Positions 34,073 through 43,850 of a stretch of DNA of 64,000 bases are shown here, piece after piece. Every line of letters starts with the position of its first letter. Position 1 is the first letter of the stretch. This stretch comes from an uncultured Bacteroidales bacterium (lineage in GTDB: Bacteria; Bacteroidota; Bacteroidia; Bacteroidales; TTA-H9), in assembly GCA_964444785.1 (NCBI GenBank), contig CAYUII010000016.1, positions 16,897-80,896 of the forward strand, written 5' to 3'. Position numbers and translations under genes: made by a program. The notes under the pieces were generated by a model that searched no databases, had not been told where the DNA came from, and worked only from the letters and a program-made list of their open reading frames with translations.

Positions 34073-35218
34073 ATGAGAATTGGAATTGAGGCACAAAGAC
34101 TATTTAGAATAAAGAAGCATGGAATGGATATGGTTGTTCTCGAGCTTATAAGAGAGCTTCAGACAATTGATAATTACAACCAGTATTACATATACGTTGC
34201 CCCGGGAGAAGATCGCTGCATTGAAGAAACAGCAAATTTTAAAATAAGAATCATCGGGTCAAACTTCTATCCATACTGGGAACAAAAAACGCTTCCTAAT
34301 GCAGTTAAAGCTGACCGTTGTGACATTCTACATTGTACCAGCAACACAGCTCCGTTAAGTATTCATATTCCGTTAGTAGTGACTCTCCATGATATCATTT
34401 TTATGGAAAAAAAACCATATGCAATTCTAACTGGAAATGGAACTAATTACCAAAAGATGGGAAATCTGTATAGAAGATGGAATGTTCCTAAGGTAGTTAA
34501 ACAGTGCTCTAAACTAATTACCGTCTCTGAATCGGAGAAAGTCAGGTTATGCGATTATTTTAATCTAAATCAAAATAAAGTTGAGGCAGTTTACAATGGC
34601 GTGAGTGCCCATTTTAAACCTATTACTGATAAAGTAAAACTAGATGAATTTAGAAGCAGGTATGCATTGCCTGAAAGATATTTCCTTCACCTAGGAAATA
34701 CGGATCCCAAAAAGAATACGGCTGGAGTATTAAAAGCCTTTTCGGAATACTTAAACAGAACAGGAGATCAAATAAGTCTTGTTATGTTAGACTTTGATAA
34801 AGAAGAACTTCATAGAATAATTAAAGAAATTGGAAATGAAGACCTATTGAAGTCAATTCATCTTACTGGTTATGTAAAAAACCAAGAATTACCTGCACTG
34901 TATACTTTAGCAGAGCAATTTCTTTATCCATCGCTACGCGAGAGTTTTGGTATTCCTATCCTAGAAGCAATGGCATGTGGAGTCCCGGTAATTACTGGAA
35001 ATACCTCAAGTATGCCAGAAATTTCAGGAAACGCTGCTTTATTGGTTGATCCTTTTAATTTCGAAGCTATTGTAGAGGCAATAATAAAGATAAAAAACGA
35101 TACCTCTTTAAGAACAGCTATGGTTGAAAAAGGCTTCGTTCAGGCTGCGAAATTCTCATGGAAAGCGATGGCTCAACAAGTTTATGGTATTTATAAAGCG
35201 TTAGAGAAAAAGGTTTAA
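34073..35218 (+). CDS. Glycosyltransferase family 4 (GT-B)
   Basis: C-terminal FLYPSLRESFGIPILEAMACGVPVITGNTSSMPEISG (E-x7-E) motif. Confidence 0.85.
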   Translation: MRIGIEAQRLFRIKKHGMDMVVLELIRELQTIDNYNQYYIYVAPGEDRCIEETANFKIRIIGSNFYPYWEQKTLPNAVKADRCDILHCTSNTAPLSIHIPLVVTLHDIIFMEKKPYAILTGNGTNYQKMGNLYRRWNVPKVVKQCSKLITVSESEKVRLCDYFNLNQNKVEAVYNGVSAHFKPITDKVKLDEFRSRYALPERYFLHLGNTDPKKNTAGVLKAFSEYLNRTGDQISLVMLDFDKEELHRIIKEIGNEDLLKSIHLTGYVKNQELPALYTLAEQFLYPSLRESFGIPILEAMACGVPVITGNTSSMPEISGNAALLVDPFNFEAIVEAIIKIKNDTSLRTAMVEKGFVQAAKFSWKAMAQQVYGIYKALEKKV

Positions 35219-35274
35219 ATTCAATATTTTCATAACCTTTTGATGAATATCTTAATCACAACAACTTAGAAATT

Positions 35275-35913
35275 ATGTCAACAATCGCAAGCAGAATAAA
35301 AGCTAATCCCAAACTTAAGAAATTTGTTTTGTGGCTTATTAGCCCAAATGGAAGGCCACGCCCTAGATGGTACATAAGACTAATTGTAAACAAGTTTTTT
35401 CATAAAAGAGGTAAAAACTCCTTGATTAGAAGTAGTGCCAGGATGGATGTTTTCCCATATAACCCTTTCTATCTAGGTGTGAACTCGACGATAGAATCGT
35501 TCTGCCTTGTGAATAATGGTGCAGGGGCTGTATATATTGGGGACAATGCCCGGGTTGGTGCAGGATCAGTAGTAATTGGTCCAGTTCATATGGGACATGG
35601 TAGTGGCACTGGACAACATGTCTTTATAAGTGGATTTAATCACGGTTATAAAGACGGGTCAAAAAACTCAAAATACCAACCTTTGGATGTAAAACCAGTA
35701 GTGATTGGCGATGAAGCTCATATTGGGGCTAATTCAGTTGTACTGGCTGGTGTCACCATTGGAAAAAGGGTTCAAATTGGTGCTGGTAGTGTGGTTACCA
35801 AAGATATTCCTGATCTCTGCATAGCCGTTGGAAACCCTTGCAAAATCATCAAACGGTATCATGAAGCAAGTGGGGAATGGCTTAAAATTGAAGATTACAA
35901 CAAACTGAATTAA
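35275..35913 (+). CDS. Hexapeptide-repeat (LbH) acyl/acetyltransferase
   Basis: Repeated [LIV]-G-x4 turns (IGDNARVGAGSVVIG..., IGDEAHIGANSVVLAGVTIGKRVQIGAGSVV). Confidence 0.8.
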   Translation: MSTIASRIKANPKLKKFVLWLISPNGRPRPRWYIRLIVNKFFHKRGKNSLIRSSARMDVFPYNPFYLGVNSTIESFCLVNNGAGAVYIGDNARVGAGSVVIGPVHMGHGSGTGQHVFISGFNHGYKDGSKNSKYQPLDVKPVVIGDEAHIGANSVVLAGVTIGKRVQIGAGSVVTKDIPDLCIAVGNPCKIIKRYHEASGEWLKIEDYNKLN

Positions 35914-35924
35914 TATTACTAATT

Positions 35925-37118
35925 ATGAGTTTGATAGAATGGATTTTTTGGGGGCTTATCTTTGTTGTTTTTTACTCCTATTTAGGATATGGCTTGTTGT
36001 TGTTCATCTTAATAAAGTTAAAACGACTCCTACGTGGAACAAAGGTAGTCTACCCAATCACAGAGTTGCCAGAAGTTACTCTCTTCATTGCTGCTTATAA
36101 TGAAAGAGCGTATGTTAAAGCTAAGATGGAAAATACCTTTTCTTTGAATTATCCAAAGGATAAACTTAAAATTGTTTGGGTTACCGATGGTTCAGATGAT
36201 GGAACACCAGAAGAGGTTTTACGCTATAAAAATGATCAGACGGAAGTATTGCATCTACCGGAAAGAGGTGGCAAAATAGGTGCAATGAACCGTGGAATGA
36301 AATTTATCACAAGCCCGATTGTCGTGTTTTGTGATGCGAATACTATGCTTGGAGAAGAATCAATAATTAGAATTGTTAGATTGTTCACAGATCCTAAAGT
36401 CGGGTGTGTCTCCGGAGAGAAACGAGTCATGTCAATAGGTACTGAGGCTGCCTCTGCTACTGAAGGTTTATACTGGAAATACGAATCAACCTTGAAAAAG
36501 TGGGATGCTGAACTCTATAGTGTGGTTGGTGCAGCTGGCGAATTATTTGCGGTTAGACGGGAATTATATAGAGATGTAGAGAAAGATACCTTGTTGGATG
36601 ACTTTATGATCTCTCTACGAATAGCGATGGACGGATACACAATTCAGTATGACCCGGATGCCTATGCAATGGAACATCCCTCTGCAAATGTTAAAGAAGA
36701 ATTAAAGAGAAAAGTAAGAATATCGGCTGGTGGAATCCAATCTGTTATAAGGCTTCTTCCCCTTTTAAACCTCTTTAAATATGGAACTCTTTCTTTCCAA
36801 TACATATCACATAGAGTTCTCAGATGGACTCTATCACCTCTAGCTTTACCGCTTCTATTTATACTTAATCTAACAATCTTAATAACTAATAACGATCCTA
36901 TTTCACAAGCATTTTACAGCCTAATCTTTATTGGCCAATTAGTCTTTTATGGAACAGCTTTGATAGGTTGGTACTTTGAGTCAAAAGGAATTAGATTAAA
37001 GTTACTATATGTCCCCTTCTATTTTACGATGATGAACTATGCCGTTTTTCTCGGATTTAAGCGATTCATCAAAGGTAAGCAGTCTGTCAACTGGGAGCGT
37101 GCAAAAAGAGCCTCATAA
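35925..37118 (+). CDS. Membrane-embedded family 2 glycosyltransferase (synthase-like)
   Basis: N-terminal TM, GT2 core (FIAAYNE, TDGSDDGT, CDANT) and C-terminal TM bundle. Confidence 0.75.
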   Translation: MSLIEWIFWGLIFVVFYSYLGYGLLLFILIKLKRLLRGTKVVYPITELPEVTLFIAAYNERAYVKAKMENTFSLNYPKDKLKIVWVTDGSDDGTPEEVLRYKNDQTEVLHLPERGGKIGAMNRGMKFITSPIVVFCDANTMLGEESIIRIVRLFTDPKVGCVSGEKRVMSIGTEAASATEGLYWKYESTLKKWDAELYSVVGAAGELFAVRRELYRDVEKDTLLDDFMISLRIAMDGYTIQYDPDAYAMEHPSANVKEELKRKVRISAGGIQSVIRLLPLLNLFKYGTLSFQYISHRVLRWTLSPLALPLLFILNLTILITNNDPISQAFYSLIFIGQLVFYGTALIGWYFESKGIRLKLLYVPFYFTMMNYAVFLGFKRFIKGKQSVNWERAKRAS

Positions 37119-37121
37119 AGC

Positions 37122-38789
37122 ATGAAATTAACCATTACAGCCATATTAATTCTTCTATTCTCATTGGTTACGCACCTTAAAGGTCAAAGCCAAGAATGTG
37201 ATACAATTCTTTATCCCAATGCTAATTCAGCAACTGTACTCAATGGCCTTCTATCGAATATTAAGCCTGGAAGTATTATTTGCCTAGAAGCGGGAAACTA
37301 TTATCAGCTACGATTTGACAATATCAATGGTGATTCATTATCTCCCATAATTATCAAACCTAAAAACAAGAAAGTAACCATCGTTTCTGATGCCCACTAT
37401 GGCGTTAGATTCGGTATGTGTAGTAATTTAATGCTAATTGGAAATAATAGTGATTCCGTAGACTATAACATCTACATAAGCAAGATTAAAGGCAACGCAA
37501 TATCTGTTGATGAAAGGTCAACTGATATTACAATCTCGGGAGTTGAGGTATATGATGTTGCGATCTGTGGGGTTACAGCTAAGACAGACCCAGATTGTAG
37601 CTTTAGTACGGTTAGAGATAGCTTTCTCCTTAAAAACCTAACAATTGAGAACTGCAAATTTGTTAAAACAGGGACAGAAGGACTTTACATCGGAAATTCA
37701 TTTTTCTCGGGCTATACTATTCATTGCAATGGAAAAGATACAGTTGTTCTCCCGCATCTACTATCTAATATTACCATTAGAAATAATTGCTTCGACTCTA
37801 CAGGCTATGATGGTATTCAAATAACGAGTGCTTTACTCGGCTGTCGCATTTATGGAAATCAAATATTTCATGATAGTCAAGTTGAAAGATATGGCCAAAT
37901 GAGTGGAATCATTATAGGTGGTGGATCTTTAGCTGAATGTTATAACAATTTTATTGCTGATGGAAAGGGAATTGGTATAGAAGTACATGGTACAGGAGGT
38001 ACTCGAATTTATAATAATATCATTGTGAATACGGGTTTAAACTATCATCCGGGAGAACATGGATCATACGGTAAAAGTGGAATAATGATTATGTATAATC
38101 TTTACAACCCAAAACTGCTACCCTATACGATCGTCTCTAACACTATTGTTTCGCCTAAAACAGAAGGAATAAGATTTTCAAATATTAACTCATCAAATAA
38201 CATAATCAAAAATAATCTAATAGTTAATCCAGGTGCATTTGCTCTTTTTACCCAGCAAGGATTTCCATATTCCACTTCTTTTGTAAACTTTAACATCAAT
38301 GTTTCTTCTGATGTATCCAATAATTCTTTTTTAAACAATTCTGATAGTGCTGGCTTTATTAATTCTGTTTCAAATGATTTTAGACTACTTCCAACATCCA
38401 CAGTCATTGATGCCGGCCAAGACTTGACATATCTTGGAATCAATTTTGATTATTCAAATAAGCCAAGACCCAGTGGTCGCAATTTTGATATTGGAGCTTT
38501 TGAATATTATCCAGAACAAAGCACTGAACAGCTTGCTAAAAACCAAGATATTCGATTTACATTCTTAAATGCTGAGTGTTTATTGATTGAGAATAAAAGC
38601 ACTGGTATCAAAAGTGGAAATCTTAGTATCATTAACCTTAATGGGGAGATAGTTATAAATCAATCGATAGTTTTGCTCCCCAACACCAATACTCTTAAAC
38701 TCAAAAAACATCTTCAAGTGGGTCTATATATCGTTAGATTTGCTAACCAAGCTATACATACTAGCAAAAAAATTCTTCTTATTCATTGA
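37122..38789 (+). CDS. Right-handed parallel beta-helix protein with T9SS C-terminal sorting domain
   Basis: Signal peptide. Repeated short beta-helix rungs (NNIIVN, NNLIVN, ...). The last ~80 aa (LSIINLNGEIV...GLYIVRFANQAIHTSKKILLIH) resemble a Por secretion tail. Confidence 0.65.
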   Translation: MKLTITAILILLFSLVTHLKGQSQECDTILYPNANSATVLNGLLSNIKPGSIICLEAGNYYQLRFDNINGDSLSPIIIKPKNKKVTIVSDAHYGVRFGMCSNLMLIGNNSDSVDYNIYISKIKGNAISVDERSTDITISGVEVYDVAICGVTAKTDPDCSFSTVRDSFLLKNLTIENCKFVKTGTEGLYIGNSFFSGYTIHCNGKDTVVLPHLLSNITIRNNCFDSTGYDGIQITSALLGCRIYGNQIFHDSQVERYGQMSGIIIGGGSLAECYNNFIADGKGIGIEVHGTGGTRIYNNIIVNTGLNYHPGEHGSYGKSGIMIMYNLYNPKLLPYTIVSNTIVSPKTEGIRFSNINSSNNIIKNNLIVNPGAFALFTQQGFPYSTSFVNFNINVSSDVSNNSFLNNSDSAGFINSVSNDFRLLPTSTVIDAGQDLTYLGINFDYSNKPRPSGRNFDIGAFEYYPEQSTEQLAKNQDIRFTFLNAECLLIENKSTGIKSGNLSIINLNGEIVINQSIVLLPNTNTLKLKKHLQVGLYIVRFANQAIHTSKKILLIH

Positions 38790-38926
38790 GTTTTTTGGCT
38801 CTGGTTTTTGCTTTAGCTTGCTGATTTTATTGTGATTACGGATTTACAAGAAAAGATTAAGTTAATCAGTATACCTAATGTGTAATTCTATCCGTCTAAG
38901 ATTTGGCCTTTTTAGTTAATATTCAA

Positions 38927-38934
38927 TACTTTTG
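38927..38934 (+). promoter_or_regulatory. -7 promoter motif TActTTTG upstream of the TPR hybrid kinase
   Basis: TACTTTTG, about 120 nt upstream of the ATG at 39056. Confidence 0.35.
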
Positions 38935-39055
38935 TTTAGTAAGCTATTAGATATTGAGGCGAAGTTGATTTTTAACCTAAAAACAATGGAATTTTCCCTC
39001 CTCTTTGAAATGACCAAATATTTAGGTAAGGATACAGAGAAAACAAAGGAAAATA

Positions 39056-41686
39056 ATGACAACTAAAAACAATACTGTTTATTCTCAACTTTGTGTAAAG
39101 TTCTTGGCAGCTTTAGCGTCTTTGACTATATTATTCCCGTTTAATATTAGTTCTCAGAATCTAACTTTAAAACCTGATAGCTTAAGACTTTTTGTAAAGG
39201 ATTCCAGATTTTCAATTTCTGGAGAACAATTTTCAGCAATGATCTTTAATCTATCGTCAATTAATCGACGATCTGATATAAAATGGCTAACAACTAAATC
39301 AAATGAAATAGATTCCACTGATGATTATCAGAGAAAAACACGCTTTTATGAAATAATTTCTCGACTTTTCTTCGCCAACTCTCAGTATGATGAGGCTCTA
39401 ATCTTTTCAAAAAAAGCAATTGCAGGTTACCAATTGCTTACAGATTCTCTAAGTATTTGTCGCTTACATAGTATTGTAGGACAAATCTATAATGAGATAG
39501 GCAGTTACGACCTTGCAATTCGATTAAATAAAAGAGCCTTGCAAGTAGCAGAGCGGAATAATTTCCAGATGATTCGAGGAACGCTTTTGACAAATCTAGG
39601 TATCTCCTATCAGAAGTTAGGTCAATACTCTGAAGCTATTTCTTACCTAATGAAAGCTCTTGAAATCAAACTTGACCAAAATGATCAACAAGGGATTGGC
39701 AATGGATATAACTACTTGGGAGAAGTGTATATTAAAAAGGGAGATACTGCTACTGCTAGGATGTTTTTTGATCGCTCATTTAACATAAGGCAATTAGATA
39801 AAGATACGTTTGGAATTTCTGAAACATACCATAATTATGGTAGATTAGCTCAAATGGGTAATGACTATGAAAAGGCTATGGCTCTTTATATGACAGGGCT
39901 AAATTACGCCATAGCGATTGATAATCCCACTGCAACTGGATTCGCCTATTTTAGTATTGGTAAATTGTACTATCTTGAGAAGAATCACGCTGAGGCTAAG
40001 AATTATCTGCTTAAGTCATTTAGTATAGGTAATCAGCTAAATAATGCTTTGTTGCGCCAAGCTAATGCAAATCTACTTTCAATCATTCACAAAGAGAATG
40101 GCGACTTTAAATCTTCCTTGGAATATAAACAGATTCTGCTGAACATTAAAGATAGCTTAATCAACACTCAAAATAAAATCATCACTAACCTTATTAATGA
40201 TAATGTCTTCTCCCTACTTCCTCAACAGGTTGATTCAGAATCAAAAAGTAAGGTTAGATTCACATATTTATATGGCTTCTCTTCTGCTATTCTATTGATT
40301 ATCCTATTAATAATTGTTTTAAAACTATTTAGAAACAACGGTAATCTAAAGAATCTTTATAAGAAGACAATGGAGGAAAACCTTGAAATTCAAAAACGAC
40401 TTACTTCGTTTAATGTCAGTCTGGAAAACGAAGTATCCATTAGGACCAAGGCTTTACAAGATGAAATAAATGAGAAATTAAAGGTTGAAGATGAACTCAA
40501 TAAAGCGTTAAAAAGGACAGAGGAAGCCAATACTTTAAAAAATGTCTTCCTTTCGAATATAAGTCATGAAATAAGAACCCCCCTTAATGGCATCATAGGG
40601 TTTTCCAATTTGCTTGAAGTTGAGGTAGCCAATCTGAATAACAAGGAACTACTAGGGTATGCTAATGGAATTGTTCAGAGTGGTGATCGTTTAATGAGGT
40701 TACTTAATAATCTCATTGATATTAGCCGAATTGAAGCAAACGATATGGAATTAACCCTTTTACCTAACAACCTTAATGAAATTGTTGGAGATATTTTTAT
40801 TTTATACACGTTTAAAGCCTATGATAAGGGGTTGGAACTCATCTATTCCCCACAAGAGATCCCTGAAATCATCTGTGACAAATCTACTCTTGAAAGAGTA
40901 CTTAGTGATATAATTGATAACGCTCTTAAATACACTGAACAAGGAACCATTGAAATCTCAACATTCTCGGATCCTAACCATGGAAAAGTTGGACTAAGAA
41001 TAAAAGACACTGGCATCGGGATAGAAAAAGAGTATCTACCTCACATTTTTGAAGCTTTTAGGCAGGAGAGTGTTGGATATAATAGAACATACCAAGGCGC
41101 AGGTTTGGGTTTACCCTTAGCGAAACGTCTAGTTAACCTTATGAAAGGCAAAATTGAAATTTCGTCTGAAAAAGGAAAAGGGACAGAAGTATGTTTATGG
41201 TTTAATTCAATTATCTCCTATTCAAAGGTAGTAGATGAGGATTCTGAAATGTCCTTAAGATCACCTGAAGACTATGCAAAAGCATCTCCATCCATCCTAA
41301 GGATTTTCGTGGTCGAAGATGATAAAATGAATCGCCTTGTTTTAAGAAAGATGCTATCAAAAATTGGAGATATTACCTTAGCTGTAAATGGAGAAGAGAC
41401 TCTTAACATCATTGATGAAAATGCGAAATTAGGAATGACTTTTGATATTATGCTATTCGACATTAACCTTCCTCCACCCTGGGACGGAACATTCTTAATG
41501 CAGAAAATTAAACAAAACTATCCTCAATACCGTTCTATACCGTTCATTGCTCAAACTGCGTATGCGATGTCAGGAGATAGAGAAAGGCTATTGGAAGCCG
41601 GTTTTGATGATTATATTTCAAAACCCATTTCTAAGTTTTTGCTTCTCAAAGTGATTGAGAAATATATTGTAAAAAATAACAATTAG
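39056..41686 (+). CDS. TPR-sensor hybrid histidine kinase (TPR, TM, HisKA, HATPase, REC)
   Basis: Signal/TM, about 8 TPR units, TM (SAILLIILLIIVL). H-box FLSNISHEIRTPLNGI. DTGIGI and GAGLGL boxes. REC (IFVVEDD, IMLFDINLP, YISKPI). Confidence 0.85.
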   Translation: MTTKNNTVYSQLCVKFLAALASLTILFPFNISSQNLTLKPDSLRLFVKDSRFSISGEQFSAMIFNLSSINRRSDIKWLTTKSNEIDSTDDYQRKTRFYEIISRLFFANSQYDEALIFSKKAIAGYQLLTDSLSICRLHSIVGQIYNEIGSYDLAIRLNKRALQVAERNNFQMIRGTLLTNLGISYQKLGQYSEAISYLMKALEIKLDQNDQQGIGNGYNYLGEVYIKKGDTATARMFFDRSFNIRQLDKDTFGISETYHNYGRLAQMGNDYEKAMALYMTGLNYAIAIDNPTATGFAYFSIGKLYYLEKNHAEAKNYLLKSFSIGNQLNNALLRQANANLLSIIHKENGDFKSSLEYKQILLNIKDSLINTQNKIITNLINDNVFSLLPQQVDSESKSKVRFTYLYGFSSAILLIILLIIVLKLFRNNGNLKNLYKKTMEENLEIQKRLTSFNVSLENEVSIRTKALQDEINEKLKVEDELNKALKRTEEANTLKNVFLSNISHEIRTPLNGIIGFSNLLEVEVANLNNKELLGYANGIVQSGDRLMRLLNNLIDISRIEANDMELTLLPNNLNEIVGDIFILYTFKAYDKGLELIYSPQEIPEIICDKSTLERVLSDIIDNALKYTEQGTIEISTFSDPNHGKVGLRIKDTGIGIEKEYLPHIFEAFRQESVGYNRTYQGAGLGLPLAKRLVNLMKGKIEISSEKGKGTEVCLWFNSIISYSKVVDEDSEMSLRSPEDYAKASPSILRIFVVEDDKMNRLVLRKMLSKIGDITLAVNGEETLNIIDENAKLGMTFDIMLFDINLPPPWDGTFLMQKIKQNYPQYRSIPFIAQTAYAMSGDRERLLEAGFDDYISKPISKFLLLKVIEKYIVKNNN

Positions 41687-41691
41687 AAACC

Positions 41692-42912
41692 ATGGCTGAA
41701 ACATACAACCCCACTGAAGAGTTTGAAAAATATAAGAGCACAATGGAGACTCGTATGGCTCAGTTAAGATTTGAATTGGAACGATTCCAATCTTCAAGAT
41801 CTGCGATGATCTCTAAGATTTCTAACTCAATTCGTATCCCATTAAATGGAATTATTGGGATGATTGAGTTTCTCAATCAAAGCGATCTTAGCAAAGAACA
41901 GCTGGAGTATCTCCATATTATTCATCAATACAGTACCGATGTATTATCTATGCTTACTGATATTGTTGATTTTGCTAAAGTCGAGGCTGGTGAAATACAG
42001 ATTACGAAACAGGAGGTTAAAGTTCAGCAACTTATTGCTCAAACTATTCAACTCCATCGATTAAAAGCCCAGGGAAAAAATCTAGCATTTAGCTTTGAAG
42101 TTAATCCTTCTGTGCCTGACGTGATAGTTAGCGATAAGGATCGATTACTTCAAATTATTGATAACTTAATATCAAATTCGCTCAATCTAACTAAAATCGG
42201 ACGAATTGGTGCTACAATTTCGTATGAAAAAAGAGATGATGTTAACGGAAAGCTAATTGTTACAATAGAGGATACTAGTGAGGGCTTCTCTGAAAGTGAA
42301 CAACTTATCATTCTTAATGCCATTAAAACTGGAGATTTTATTTTACCCCTAAAAATGGATCAATGGGGACTAGGAATGGCTCTAGCTTGCTCTGTAGTAA
42401 AAGCTCTTGCTGGTGAATTCTCCTTTAAATCTCAACGTAATATTGGAACCCTCTATTCCATTTCAATTCCGGTTCAAATTCCTAAAGAAACGCATAAGCA
42501 ACCGTTAAAACTCTCTTCCATTTCTGCTACATTCGATCGCCCCCTTAACATTCTTCTCGTTGAAGATAATCTTCTAAATCAAAAATTTGCCATGGCAACT
42601 CTCTCTAGAGAAAACCACCATGTTGATTTAGCAGAAAATGGAAGTAAAGCTATTGAACTCTTTAAATTAAATCACTATGATCTGATTCTTATGGATATCC
42701 AAATGCCTGTCATGGATGGAATTCAAGCTACCTTAACAATTCGGCAAATGGAAAAAGAATTAGGCATCTCTAATCCAATTAGGATCATTGCGGTAACTGC
42801 ATTCGCTCTTGAAAAAGATCGAGAAAAATGCCTCGCAGCTGGTATGGATGACTTTTTAGCGAAGCCATTTAAACCTCAGGAACTGATAGCTCTAATTACT
42901 GATAATATCTGA
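41692..42912 (+). CDS. Degenerate hybrid kinase-like protein (H-box His missing) with intact receiver
   Basis: The DHp segment reads ISNSIRIPLNGIIG, with Asn where the neighbouring kinase has the phospho-His (SHEIRTPLNGIIG). The G1 box is degenerate (EDTSEGF). The receiver is intact (ILLVEDN, LILMDIQMPVMDG, FLAKPF). Confidence 0.7.
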   Translation: MAETYNPTEEFEKYKSTMETRMAQLRFELERFQSSRSAMISKISNSIRIPLNGIIGMIEFLNQSDLSKEQLEYLHIIHQYSTDVLSMLTDIVDFAKVEAGEIQITKQEVKVQQLIAQTIQLHRLKAQGKNLAFSFEVNPSVPDVIVSDKDRLLQIIDNLISNSLNLTKIGRIGATISYEKRDDVNGKLIVTIEDTSEGFSESEQLIILNAIKTGDFILPLKMDQWGLGMALACSVVKALAGEFSFKSQRNIGTLYSISIPVQIPKETHKQPLKLSSISATFDRPLNILLVEDNLLNQKFAMATLSRENHHVDLAENGSKAIELFKLNHYDLILMDIQMPVMDGIQATLTIRQMEKELGISNPIRIIAVTAFALEKDREKCLAAGMDDFLAKPFKPQELIALITDNI

Positions 42913-42974
42913 TTTTTTTGAGTACGAAAAAAGGTTTTCTCTTTGGACATTTCTGTTCAGATCATATATAAATA

Positions 42975-43008
42975 ACAAAAGCAGAGTATTCTTAAACTCT
43001 GCTTTTGT
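42975..43008. terminator. Bidirectional hairpin terminator
   Basis: Perfect 13-bp stem ACAAAAGCAGAGT / ACTCTGCTTTTGT with an 8-nt loop, between convergent genes. Confidence 0.7.
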
Positions 43009-43047
43009 TGTAATCTATACCTATTTCGAAGGTTTAGGAATATTTGG

Positions 43048-43848
43048 TTACTTATCTTTTACATCCATAATCTCAATATCAAAAATCAGTTGGCTATTTG
43101 GGGGAATTGGACCTGCCTGTTTATCGCCATATGCTAATGAAGGTGGAATTATAAGCCTAGCCCTATCTCCTACCCTCATCTTAAGAAGAGCTTCGTCCCA
43201 ACCTTTAATAACTTTACCAACACCTGCTTCAAATGTAATTGGTTGACCTCTTTTTACTGAAGAATCAAAAATCTTTCCATCAGAAAGATAGCCGGTGTAA
43301 TGCACAGAGACAATTCTCGATACAGCTACTTTGGCTCCTGATCCTTTTTGGAGCATTATATATTTTAACCCGCTATCTGTTTTTATTGTATCAACAGACT
43401 TAAGGATCCAAGGATCGAGTTCTTTTGGCTTCTCAACTTTAATTACTTCAACATCAAAAACGAGAGTAGAATTGGCTGGAATTGGGCCTATTTCTCTATT
43501 ACCGTAGGCCATTTCAGCAGGAATAGTAAATGTTGCACGATCGCCCTGTCTTAGTACTTGGAATCCTTCATCCCAGCCCTTAATAACCTTTCCTTGACCA
43601 ACCGGGAATGAAAAAGGACGGCCATGACGAGTCGATGCGTCAAAGATTGTATCGTTTGTAAGCTTCCCTGTATAATGTACCGTAACTATTGAACCGCTAT
43701 CAACCGCCGGTCCATTGCCTTCAGTCGTAATAGTATACACAACACCATGCTTCGTAGTGCCATTTAGGTTTCTAATAACCTTCGGAGCATTACATGCTGC
43801 GAGAAGTACGATGGTTACAAGACTCAAAAAATAGATTTTGTATTTCAT
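43048..43848 (-). CDS. Lipoprotein with two FKBP-type peptidyl-prolyl isomerase domains
   Basis: Lipobox LLAACN. Two copies of VHYTG.L..G..FD.S...G.P..F..G.G.VIKGWDE...GD...IP...AYG. Confidence 0.9.
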   Translation of the reverse strand: MKYKIYFLSLVTIVLLAACNAPKVIRNLNGTTKHGVVYTITTEGNGPAVDSGSIVTVHYTGKLTNDTIFDASTRHGRPFSFPVGQGKVIKGWDEGFQVLRQGDRATFTIPAEMAYGNREIGPIPANSTLVFDVEVIKVEKPKELDPWILKSVDTIKTDSGLKYIMLQKGSGAKVAVSRIVSVHYTGYLSDGKIFDSSVKRGQPITFEAGVGKVIKGWDEALLKMRVGDRARLIIPPSLAYGDKQAGPIPPNSQLIFDIEIMDVKDK

Positions 43849-43850
43849 TA

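Noticed and set aside
38793-38810. TGGCTCTGGTTTTTGCT as a sigma-54 promoter
   Set aside because: The spacing between GG and GC is 11 nt rather than 10, and it lies immediately after a stop codon, far (about 250 nt) from the next start.
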